From contig CAWDOD010000005.1 of assembly GCA_963803805.1 (NCBI GenBank), positions 82,667 through 146,666 on the forward strand: a DNA stretch of 64,000 nucleotides. Direction: 5' to 3'. The number at the start of each line of letters is the position of its first letter. Position 1 is the first letter of the stretch. The DNA comes from an uncultured cyanobacterium. Its GTDB lineage: Bacteria > Cyanobacteriota > Cyanobacteriia > Cyanobacteriales > CAWCAG01. Below, one piece after another: positions 11,779 to 20,701 of this stretch. The translations under genes and the position numbers were made by a program. The notes beneath the pieces are model-generated. The model did no database searches and was not told the origin of the DNA. It saw nothing but the letters and a program-made list of their open reading frames with translations.

Positions 11779-12759
11779 GTGACAAGTACAACTAATCAAA
11801 GCCAAAGGCAACCCCTCATCATGGTTGTGGATGATGAGAAATTAATCAGGATGCAACTACGCCAAGCTATTCACAGGGAAGGTTATCAAGTTGTTGAAGC
11901 TCATAATGGTCAGCAATGTCTTACTATGTACAATGAGCTACATCCGGATCTGATTCTTTTAGATGCGATAATGCCGGTTATGGACGGTTTTACCTGCTGT
12001 CAAGAATTACAAAATGTTAGCAAGGGTTCCCGAACACCAGTGCTGATTATTACTGGCTTAGAAGATCAAGAATCTGTGGATCGGGCTTTTGAAGCAGGGG
12101 CTACAGATTTTATTACTAAACCTGTACGCTGGGCTGTACTACGCCAAAGAATTCGACGCTTGATTAATCAGGCTTATCTTTATCAACAACTAGAAGAAAC
12201 TAACTACGCTTTAGAACGTTTAGCTTCTTTGGATGGTTTAACTCAAATTGCTAACCGCCGTCGTTTTGATGAGTTTATAGAAATAGAATGGCAGAGAATG
12301 ATGCGGGAACAAAAACCTCTTTCTGTAATTCTTTGCGACCTAGATTTTTTCAAAGCTTATAATGATATTTACGGCCATCAAGCTGGAGATGATTGTTTAC
12401 GTCAAGTAGCTCTGGCTTTACAAGATTCTGCTCAACGTTCTTCAGATTTAGTGGCTCGTTATGGTGGAGAAGAATTTGCTGTTGTTTTACCAAATACTGA
12501 TGGACAGGATGCAGTTAAGGTAGCAGAAAAAATCCGTAGAAAAGTAGAGCAGTTAAAGATTAAACACCAAGGTTCTTCAATTAGTTCTTTTATCACCATG
12601 AGTTTAGGAGTCGCAACAACTATTCCTTCTCTACAAGCTAACTGGGAGCAAATGTTGCGGGATGCGGATCAAGCTCTTTATCAAGCTAAGGATAGAGGCA
12701 AAAATAATGTTGTTTTCCGAACTCCAGTAGTACTATTACCAATATCTAATTTGCAATAG
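11779..12759 (+). CDS. REC-GGDEF diguanylate cyclase response regulator
   Basis: REC (VDDE, LLDAIMP); DGLTQIANRR; RSSD I-site; RYGGEEF active site. Confidence 0.92.
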   Translation: MTSTTNQSQRQPLIMVVDDEKLIRMQLRQAIHREGYQVVEAHNGQQCLTMYNELHPDLILLDAIMPVMDGFTCCQELQNVSKGSRTPVLIITGLEDQESVDRAFEAGATDFITKPVRWAVLRQRIRRLINQAYLYQQLEETNYALERLASLDGLTQIANRRRFDEFIEIEWQRMMREQKPLSVILCDLDFFKAYNDIYGHQAGDDCLRQVALALQDSAQRSSDLVARYGGEEFAVVLPNTDGQDAVKVAEKIRRKVEQLKIKHQGSSISSFITMSLGVATTIPSLQANWEQMLRDADQALYQAKDRGKNNVVFRTPVVLLPISNLQ

Positions 12760-13885
12760 TTTTCCCTATGGCTAAAACTGCATTTTGTCCCCCAAAACCA
12801 AAACTAAAACATAGGGAGTTTTGAAAATTGCCTTGCTGTGGTTGAGTTAGTAGATTTAAAGCAAACTCAGACTCCTTTAAACCCACGCAAGGAGGTAAAA
12901 TCTGTTGTTTTAAAGCGATTAGACTAAAGGCTGTACCAATTGCTCCTGAAGCCCCTAAAGTATGGCCAGTAGACCCTTTTGTTGAACTTACTGCAACCCT
13001 TTGAGGAAAGACTTTCTCAATCAACCTTGCTTCGTTGCTGTCATTAAGTTCAGTACTTGTACCATGAGCATGGATGTAATTAATATCTTGAGGAAAAAGA
13101 TTACTATTGTGCAAACATCGCTTAATGGCAGAAATACCGCTACTACCGTCGGGGTTAGGGGCTGAAATATGATAACCATCAGCAGTTAAACCAAAACCTA
13201 AAATTGTCCCGTAAACTTTCGCCCCTCTTTCCCTAGCTAACTTTCCTGTTTCTAAAACTAAAACTGCCCCTCCTTCCCCCAAAGCTAAGCCCTCTCTCAA
13301 GAGATCAAAAGGATAGCAACCCGTTTTAGCTAAAGCACCCATTTTCTCAAATCCAGCGAGGGTTAAGGGGGTAATGGGTGCTTCTACTGCCCCGGCAATA
13401 ACCCTTTGACATTCCCCAGTTTGAAGTAACTCCCAAGCCCTGGCGATCGCCCAAATTCCCGTTGCACAAGCAGCCATTGGTGCAAGTACTTGTGCTTGGG
13501 AACCAATCTTAATAGCCGTGGCGATCGCAGCTTGGTGGGGCAAAGTATCTAGCCAGTTACTTAAATCTGGGGATTGCTCTTTGAGTAACTTTTCCCAAAC
13601 CCCCTGACAGCCACGACTAGAACCCACTACCACCCCACAGTCTGTTAAAGGAGGAGTAAGTTCTGCATCTTCGATTGCCGCATCAACAATTAACTGAGTT
13701 AAAGGAATTAACTGCGCCGGAGTTTCACCAATCAAACCCAAAGGTAGAGGCCTAATTTCCCGGAAAGGTTGTTGTAGTTTAACTGCACTTTCCCCAGCTA
13801 ATAAACGCTGCCAACTAGTATTCAAGGAACCTAAAGCAGAAATTAAACCAATACCAGTAACAACAACTTCCGTTTTTGCCATCAA
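12746..13885 (-). CDS. beta-ketoacyl-ACP synthase (FabF-like paralogue)
   Basis: VVVTGIG, AACATG, HAHGTST, GHTLGASG, SFGFGG motifs. Confidence 0.88.
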   Translation of the reverse strand: MMAKTEVVVTGIGLISALGSLNTSWQRLLAGESAVKLQQPFREIRPLPLGLIGETPAQLIPLTQLIVDAAIEDAELTPPLTDCGVVVGSSRGCQGVWEKLLKEQSPDLSNWLDTLPHQAAIATAIKIGSQAQVLAPMAACATGIWAIARAWELLQTGECQRVIAGAVEAPITPLTLAGFEKMGALAKTGCYPFDLLREGLALGEGGAVLVLETGKLARERGAKVYGTILGFGLTADGYHISAPNPDGSSGISAIKRCLHNSNLFPQDINYIHAHGTSTELNDSNEARLIEKVFPQRVAVSSTKGSTGHTLGASGAIGTAFSLIALKQQILPPCVGLKESEFALNLLTQPQQGNFQNSLCFSFGFGGQNAVLAIGKTIAN

Positions 13886-13953
13886 TTACAGACTACAAAT
13901 GCTTAATAAGTAATAAATAATATCTTCTTTACTTATTACTTATTACTTCCCCC

Positions 13954-14733
13954 TCACTCCTCACTGCCTGTCTTCAAATTATCCAACCCGGCTGTCACCT
14001 CAGCAGACTCAATTTTATCTCCTTGTTGGATTTGATCAACCACATCCATCCCTTCAGTGACATAACCAAAGACAGCATAGTTACTATCCAAAAAAGGTAA
14101 ATCTGCTAAAGCAATATAAAACTGAGAAGAAGCAGAATCTGGCATTTGGGAACGAGCCATAGCCACAGCACCTCTGGTATGCTTAAGGGCTGGAGGAGTG
14201 TCTAAGGTTTTACTATAAACTGGTTCTTCTGCATTTTCTGGGGTAATTTCCAAAGGAATATAGCGAGGTTTTCCGGTATCTGGATCTTCGTAACCCCCAG
14301 TTCCCAAACGGCTAGTAGGGAAGTTAGGATTCTTGCTTTGAGGATCTCCTCCTTGGGCAACAAAAGGTTGAGGTTCTTTTACTACTCGGTGGAAGACAAT
14401 ACCGTCATAAAAACCCTTATTGACCAGATCAACAAAATTACCTGCTGAAACAGGGGCTTTGTCTCCATCAATTTCCATGGTAATTGGTGAACCTTTGACG
14501 GTCATTACTACCGTTGCTTTGCCTTCTAATTTAGGTAATTGAGCCATTTCTTGATTATCTACTTTAGTAGCGTTAATAGATTTTTTAGTTTCTTGAGTTT
14601 CTGTTGTTTCTGCTTGGGTAGTTTCTTCTTTTACCGAAACATCTTGATCTGGGGTCGCACATCCTCCTAATGTTCCAACTCCAATAATTGCGATCAGAAT
14701 TAGTGCCAGACAGTTTGATAAATTAATTTTCAT
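13954..14733 (-). CDS. cyclophilin-type peptidyl-prolyl isomerase, probable lipoprotein
   Basis: FHRVV, QGGDP, AMARS, SQFYI, YAVFG motifs; N-terminal signal ending LGGC. Confidence 0.92.
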   Translation of the reverse strand: MKINLSNCLALILIAIIGVGTLGGCATPDQDVSVKEETTQAETTETQETKKSINATKVDNQEMAQLPKLEGKATVVMTVKGSPITMEIDGDKAPVSAGNFVDLVNKGFYDGIVFHRVVKEPQPFVAQGGDPQSKNPNFPTSRLGTGGYEDPDTGKPRYIPLEITPENAEEPVYSKTLDTPPALKHTRGAVAMARSQMPDSASSQFYIALADLPFLDSNYAVFGYVTEGMDVVDQIQQGDKIESAEVTAGLDNLKTGSEE

Positions 14734-14753
14734 TATTCTCGATACTTAGTAGA

Positions 14754-15380
14754 TTACAAACCTTCTAAAGGAACTTGTAAAAAACGAGCTAATTGCGCCC
14801 CTTGGTTCTCTAATTCCGTTAAAGAAATAGGTTCCCCGGCGCGAGTCAAGGGGATTGGCCCCTTGCCTTTGACTCGTAAATAAAGCGCCCGTTTTGGGTT
14901 TAAACCTTCTTTAATTTCTGCTTTAACAGATTGAACTTCTTCAATTTTGCAATCTATTTCTACACGACGATTTTTCCCAGGAAAATTCCAGCGAAAAATC
15001 TCGACAGAGTTGTTTTTTTTGTTAAATTCGTTGTAGCCTCCTCCCACATCCCACAAGATAACCAATCCTTGATAAAGAGAAAGTAGCAAGCCTGCAACTC
15101 CATAAAAAGTTAAGGCTATTCCTTGAGGTATAAATTGGAGAGTTGAAGTGTCGCTAACTAAAAGCAAATTCGTATGAAGGTAACTTGAAAGACCTGCAAG
15201 GAGAAAACCTAGACCTCCTATAAAAGCAACAACAGCCCAAAAGTAGTTACTAAGTCTGCGGGAGCCTAAAACCTCTTGACGTAGAATATCACTTCCTGTA
15301 GTAGTTGCTTTTGTGTTGATATTCCCCCCTTTCAAAGAGGAGAGATTCTCACTTCTTTGAGAATCTTTAGGATTAGCCAT
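14754..15380 (-). CDS. ycf4: photosystem I assembly protein Ycf4
   Basis: GSRRLSNYFWA, FIPQG, WDVGGGYNEF, LARFLQVPLEGL. Confidence 0.95.
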   Translation of the reverse strand: MANPKDSQRSENLSSLKGGNINTKATTTGSDILRQEVLGSRRLSNYFWAVVAFIGGLGFLLAGLSSYLHTNLLLVSDTSTLQFIPQGIALTFYGVAGLLLSLYQGLVILWDVGGGYNEFNKKNNSVEIFRWNFPGKNRRVEIDCKIEEVQSVKAEIKEGLNPKRALYLRVKGKGPIPLTRAGEPISLTELENQGAQLARFLQVPLEGL

Positions 15381-15509
15381 TGATTCGTCCCCCGAAACGG
15401 AGCTTACTATTTAGATATCCGCACTGGCATTATAGTATTAGTTGTTTGGTTGAAGATACTTTTCAAGTATAATTGCTATAGATTTTACGAGAACCCGCTC
15501 CTACAACCC

Positions 15510-16808
15510 TTACCTCAAGTTTCGCTTTGGATCACCGAGAAACTCTTCCCCACTAGCTACCGAAGGAGCAGGAATGGAGGCGGTTCCCCAGTTTTGAGAT
15601 AATCTTTGTAAAAGCCAATCCTGTTGGGTACGAAAGGCGATAGGGCCGATGTTACCGTTATTAATAATGGCGAAAGCAACCATGCCGCGATCGCGCGTAG
15701 GAAAAATACCAGCTAAAGCGCTAACTTGATTGAGGGTTCCTGTTTTAAAAGCTGTTCCGGTGGGTATTTTACGACCAATTACTGTTCCCATTTTGTCTCT
15801 TCCTGCCACCGGAAACAGGTCAAAAATGGTTAAAGGTTCTGATTCTAACTTCTTTTCAATAGCTAACAACATAGCACAGACGGCGCGGGGAGAGATGCGA
15901 TTTGCTACCCCTAAACCGGAACCATTGATTAATTGAATTTCTTTCTGGGGTACATCAGCTAATTCTGCTGCTAATTGGGCCACCTCTCCTGCACCACCCA
16001 CCGATTCAGCTAAAACTTCAGCCATAGCATTATTGCTATAAATATTCATCTGCTTGAGAATTTGGGCCAAGCTTACAGATTGGTGGCGTAACAGGAGGTT
16101 GGCTAGGCTACCTTGTTCTACTTCTGGTACATCTTTTTTCGTTACTATATTTCCCGCAATTTTCAAATTGGGGCGTTTACTTCCTTCGGGCATTAAAGAG
16201 TAGGAATAAGTAGCATCTCGGTTCCAACTGGCTTGATCAAAAGCAATTTTAAGAGATTCACCAGAAGTTTGGGGGTTAGAGTAATAATTCATATAAAAGT
16301 CCCCCACAATGACTAAATTGCCAGCCACCTGACGAATACCCATTTCATTTAAAATATTTCCTAAAGCGATCCCTTCTTCCCAAACAAAGAAAGGATCACC
16401 ACTACCTTCAATAATTAGATCCCCTTGTAAAACCCCATTCTTAATTTCTCCTGTGGTATGAATCAGGGTTTCAAATTGATATTCATAGCCCCATTTATGC
16501 AAAGCTGCTAAGGTTGTGGCAATTTTCGTTAAGGACGCTGCCGAAAGAGGAGTAGTACCTTGGCGATCTAAAAGCAACTTCCACCCAGACTCCATCCAAA
16601 TACCTTGGCCATTGGGGTTAGCCCCACTTTTAGCTAAAGTTTTGAGGTACTCTTCGAGATTTTGCTCTGCTTGAGGATCTGGATCTGTTAAAGAAAACAA
16701 AGCTGCTTCGTGCCAAGCAAGCAATCGGGCAGTTTCCACCTGCGCGGGTTCTTGACCCAATATATTCATTACAAAACTAATCAAACTAGCTCCAACTACT
16801 TCTAGCAC
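15510..16808 (-). CDS. dacB: D-alanyl-D-alanine carboxypeptidase (PBP4/S13 family)
   Basis: SLTK (SxxK), SNN (SxN), KTGTL, GSGDP, NGSGL. Confidence 0.88.
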   Translation of the reverse strand: MLEVVGASLISFVMNILGQEPAQVETARLLAWHEAALFSLTDPDPQAEQNLEEYLKTLAKSGANPNGQGIWMESGWKLLLDRQGTTPLSAASLTKIATTLAALHKWGYEYQFETLIHTTGEIKNGVLQGDLIIEGSGDPFFVWEEGIALGNILNEMGIRQVAGNLVIVGDFYMNYYSNPQTSGESLKIAFDQASWNRDATYSYSLMPEGSKRPNLKIAGNIVTKKDVPEVEQGSLANLLLRHQSVSLAQILKQMNIYSNNAMAEVLAESVGGAGEVAQLAAELADVPQKEIQLINGSGLGVANRISPRAVCAMLLAIEKKLESEPLTIFDLFPVAGRDKMGTVIGRKIPTGTAFKTGTLNQVSALAGIFPTRDRGMVAFAIINNGNIGPIAFRTQQDWLLQRLSQNWGTASIPAPSVASGEEFLGDPKRNLR

Positions 16809-17040
16809 TCTTAATTTCCTCCAAATCTAGAGTTAACTTTATACAGGTTTTTGTTCTTTTGGAACATTCTCTAGGTTATGGTTTACCTATCCATAAGCCC
16901 TAATCCGTAATTAATCATTGTTTAGCTCATTAACTATTCATCATTGGCTTGAATCCAAGGATAATTTTAAATGTTCAATGTTCAGTGGAAGGGTCAAGGG
17001 CTTCTGTTAAAATCTTTAAGGTTTATATCAATTTGATTCA

Positions 17041-18102
17041 ATGGGATCGACTCGCGCAAGAATTGCAGTAGACGCTATGGGGGGGGACTATGCCCCTGAC
17101 GAAATTGTTGCTGGCGCTCTTAGGGCAGCAGAAGAGTTGGATGTGGAAGTTATTCTGGTTGGGGAACCGGAGTTAATTCAAGCATCTATAAAGCAACATA
17201 CCAATTCCAGTCCTCTGGAGATTGTACCGGCTGAAGGTGCGATCGCCATGCACGAAGAAGCTTTAGTTGGGGTTCGCCGCAAGCCAAAAGCTTCCATTAA
17301 CGTAGCTATGAAGTTGGTGAAGCAAAAGCAAGCCGATGCCGTAGTTTCGGCAGGACATTCTGGGGCTGCTATGGCTTCTGCTTTGCTAAGGTTAGGCAGG
17401 ATTAAAGGCATTGATCGTCCAGCGATTGGGGCTTTATTTCCTACTTTGAGGGCAGACAAATCTGTAATTGTTTTAGATGTTGGGGCCAATGTTGATTGTC
17501 GTCCTAAATACCTAGAACAGTTCGCTTTGATGGGAACAGTTTATAGCCAATATGTGATGGGAGTAACTGAACCTAAAGTAGGGTTACTCAATATTGGTGA
17601 AGAACCTTCTAAAGGCAACGATTTAGCCTTGCGAAGTTATGAGTTACTAGAGAAAAATCCCCACGTTCCTTTTGTCGGTAATGCTGAGGGGAGGGATGTT
17701 CTTTCTGGAGAGTTTGATGTTATTGTCTGCGATGGCTTTGCGGGCAACGTCTTGCTTAAATTTGCTGAAGCAGTGGGAGATATTGTACTGCAAATTCTTA
17801 AAGAAGAGTTACCCCAAGGGCTAAGGGGACAAATGGGGGCAGCTTTATTAAAGCCTAACCTGAAAAGAATTAAGCAACGTATCGATCATGCCGAACATGG
17901 TGGAGGCTTACTCTTAGGGGTAGCTGGGGTTTGTATTATTAGTCATGGTAGCTCCCAAGCCCCGACAATTTTCAACGCCATTCGTCTAGCCCAAGAAGCC
18001 ATTGAAAATGGAGTTTTAGAGCAAATTAAATCATCTCAAGAGAGAATCGTGGGAGAAAATAAAGTTAAGTCGAAAACGGCTTCTAAAAATGAGCCATCAT
18101 AG
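17041..18102 (+). CDS. plsX: phosphate acyltransferase PlsX
   Basis: IAVDAMGGDYAP, DVGAN, LNIGEE, CDGFAGN, HGSS. Confidence 0.96.
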   Translation: MGSTRARIAVDAMGGDYAPDEIVAGALRAAEELDVEVILVGEPELIQASIKQHTNSSPLEIVPAEGAIAMHEEALVGVRRKPKASINVAMKLVKQKQADAVVSAGHSGAAMASALLRLGRIKGIDRPAIGALFPTLRADKSVIVLDVGANVDCRPKYLEQFALMGTVYSQYVMGVTEPKVGLLNIGEEPSKGNDLALRSYELLEKNPHVPFVGNAEGRDVLSGEFDVIVCDGFAGNVLLKFAEAVGDIVLQILKEELPQGLRGQMGAALLKPNLKRIKQRIDHAEHGGGLLLGVAGVCIISHGSSQAPTIFNAIRLAQEAIENGVLEQIKSSQERIVGENKVKSKTASKNEPS

Positions 18103-18159
18103 GGAATTTTAGAGCTAAGATTTTAAATTTTCTATAGCAGCAATCGCAGGAGAAAAGTT

Positions 18160-19167
18160 GTGAAACAAATTGGGGCAGGGATCAAAATAATCGGTAGCGG
18201 CTCTGCGGCTCCTCTAACAGCCTTGGACAATGAAGAACTTAGTCAGATGGTGGAAACCTCTGATGAGTGGATTAAAAGTCGTACAGGCATTGCTAAGCGC
18301 TGTTTAGCTACTCCTGAAGAGTCCTTAAGTTCCACTGCTGCCCAAGCTGCAAATCAGGCTTTAAATATGGCGGGTATTGGGGCGAAGGAGATTGACTTGA
18401 TTATTTTAGCCACCTCAAGTCCTGACGATCTTTTTGGTAGCGCCTGTGAAGTTCAAACTCAAATTGGGGCGACTAACGCTGTTGCCTTTGATTTAACTGC
18501 GGCTTGTTCAGGATTTATTTTCGCCTTAATTACCGCCTCGCAATTTGTTCGTACCGGAGTTTACCAAAATATTCTCGTTATTGGGGCTGACATTTTATCA
18601 CGGTGGGTAGATTGGTCAGATCGGAGTACCTGTATTCTTTTTGGTGATGGGGCTGGGGCTGTGGTGATGCAGGGAAGTACAGAAGGAGATGATTTACTCG
18701 GCTTTGAAATGCGTAGCGACGGCAGCCAGAATTACACCTTAAAACTAGGTTATCAAGGAACTCCGCAAACTTTGAATGAGCGAGTTTCTGTGGCCCAAGG
18801 AGGCTATCAACCTATTACTATGAATGGTCGAGAAGTATATCGTTTTGCTGTCGAAAAAGTGCCAGAAGTTATTAGTAAAGCCCTATTTAAAGCTAATTTA
18901 GAAGCGGCGCAAGTAGACTGGCTTTTATTGCACCAAGCTAACCAAAGAATACTTAATGCAGTAGCAAAACGCCTGAAGATTAGTCCCGAAAAAGTGATTA
19001 GTAATCTGGCGAGTTATGGCAATACTTCTGCTGCTTCTATTCCCCTAGCATTAGATGAAGCTGTGCGGGGCAATAAAATTAAACCAGGAGATATTATTGC
19101 TGCTTCTGGCTTTGGTGCAGGATTAACTTGGGGGGCGGCAATTTTCAAATGGGGTGGGGGCTTTTAA
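18160..19167 (+). CDS. fabH: 3-oxoacyl-ACP synthase III
   Basis: TSDEWI, AACSGF, FGDGAGA, HQAN, GNTSAAS. Confidence 0.96.
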   Translation: MKQIGAGIKIIGSGSAAPLTALDNEELSQMVETSDEWIKSRTGIAKRCLATPEESLSSTAAQAANQALNMAGIGAKEIDLIILATSSPDDLFGSACEVQTQIGATNAVAFDLTAACSGFIFALITASQFVRTGVYQNILVIGADILSRWVDWSDRSTCILFGDGAGAVVMQGSTEGDDLLGFEMRSDGSQNYTLKLGYQGTPQTLNERVSVAQGGYQPITMNGREVYRFAVEKVPEVISKALFKANLEAAQVDWLLLHQANQRILNAVAKRLKISPEKVISNLASYGNTSAASIPLALDEAVRGNKIKPGDIIAASGFGAGLTWGAAIFKWGGGF

Positions 19168-19225
19168 GTAATAAGTAAAAAGATCCTAGGTGTAATTATT
19201 GATATTAATCAAACAAAATTCAGCA

Positions 19226-19478
19226 CGTAACGCACCATTAAACAAATTAAAGAAGTAAAATTATGGTAGAAGAATCTTGTTAATTTAACCTGTATTTATT
19301 CAGAAAACAATCGGTGCGTTACGGCGGATAAAAAGTTTTTAGTTTAACTCCATTTTATAATGACCACCTAATATGAAATAAAAAAGGTATGCTACACGTA
19401 AATTAAATCAAGCTATTTGCTCTAAGTCACTAGTAAACAACTTTTTCAACAACGATCCTAAATCTAAATGCGCCCTAC
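19226..19478. repeat. degenerate REP/MITE-like element
   Basis: Perfect 11-bp inverted repeat CGTAACGCACC (19226-19236) / GGTGCGTTACG (19313-19323), plus a related TGCGCCCTAC end at ~19469-19478 (GTAG foot on the minus strand). Confidence 0.5.
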
Positions 19479-19642
19479 CACCAGGTCTATTTACGACGAT
19501 AGAAAAATCTGGAATTAGCCAGCCAAATCTAAACTAAAGAAGAGCGAAGCGGTTACGAAGGGGTGTGCGGTCACTGATTCCCCTCTTCACTGGGGGGTTT
19601 GGGAGGCTAGTCCCCCAATAGAACTAAAACTACCCTATGGTA

Positions 19643-20560
19643 TCATTTACCGTTAAATATTGTGGGATCTGTTTTAATTAAATAACTTTCAAGATGACTA
19701 AAATAAGCACTGTCTAAATGTTGAGTGCGATCGCCGTTTTTAAAACAGTCCTTAACTTCGGGATTGTTACCTAACCAACTTGACCAACGCCAGATATTTT
19801 TCTGTAAACAAATGATCGGATCTTGAGGGTTGGAAAATAGTCGTAATTCTCCTACTTTCTTGCTTAAACTAGCAATTTTTGTTTCATGTAAAGGACTTCC
19901 CATTAAAACTACTTTGAGTTTGCTCAAGTTTAGCCGAGAATCCAGACTTAAATCTCTAATGGCGGCATCAAGAATCAAGCCCCCTTCACTATGGGCGATC
20001 GCAACAACTTCTTCCTGTTGAGAATTGTTTAAGGCTAATTTCAGTTGCTGTTTGACACTTCTAATAATTGGCTCATTCCCTCGCCCTATAAATCTATTAC
20101 CAAAACGGTTGAGAAAAGCTTTAGAAAAGTCTCCTAATTTGCGACAAGAGGAAGTATTCTTTCGACAAGAAGAACCATTATTGATGACAGTCACAGAAGC
20201 ATTAATTCTCTTAGAAAGCTCTAAACCAAATCTCTGATTAATATTATCTTTAACTATGCCGTGAATAAAAAATATTTCTTTAGTAGTTTTCAAACTATGA
20301 TCTGGCAAATTCTCTCCTGGTATTTTGATGACTTTGCCATCATTGTAGAAAGGAAAATGGGAAAAAACTTGCGTTAATAACACCAGGGTAAAAATCAACT
20401 TGAAAAAATGATAAATCCCTGTTTGTAAGCGCCTTTTAAAAGTAACAAAATATCTCTTTTGTCGATAGTTTAGCTTTGGCTTCCATACCTTAAACTGAGG
20501 TTTCCCTTTAGCTATGTAATAATATAATTGCTTAGGACTAGGGGGATTACGTAGCACCAT
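19643..20560 (-). CDS. hypothetical membrane-anchored alpha/beta-hydrolase-fold protein
   Basis: FFIHG, AHSEGG nucleophile elbow, MGSP, DPI and a late His; hydrophobic segment near aa 52-70. Confidence 0.6.
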   Translation of the reverse strand: MVLRNPPSPKQLYYYIAKGKPQFKVWKPKLNYRQKRYFVTFKRRLQTGIYHFFKLIFTLVLLTQVFSHFPFYNDGKVIKIPGENLPDHSLKTTKEIFFIHGIVKDNINQRFGLELSKRINASVTVINNGSSCRKNTSSCRKLGDFSKAFLNRFGNRFIGRGNEPIIRSVKQQLKLALNNSQQEEVVAIAHSEGGLILDAAIRDLSLDSRLNLSKLKVVLMGSPLHETKIASLSKKVGELRLFSNPQDPIICLQKNIWRWSSWLGNNPEVKDCFKNGDRTQHLDSAYFSHLESYLIKTDPTIFNGK

Positions 20561-20701
20561 CTATAGACTTGAATCATGATATTTCTTAGCTATATTACTG
20601 ACTTTTCCCCAATTTTTCTAATTTTGAATAAAAATATGATTTTAAAGATATGTAGTTTTTGCTAATGGCTAATGGCTAGTTGCTAATCGCTTATCTGTTC
20701 T

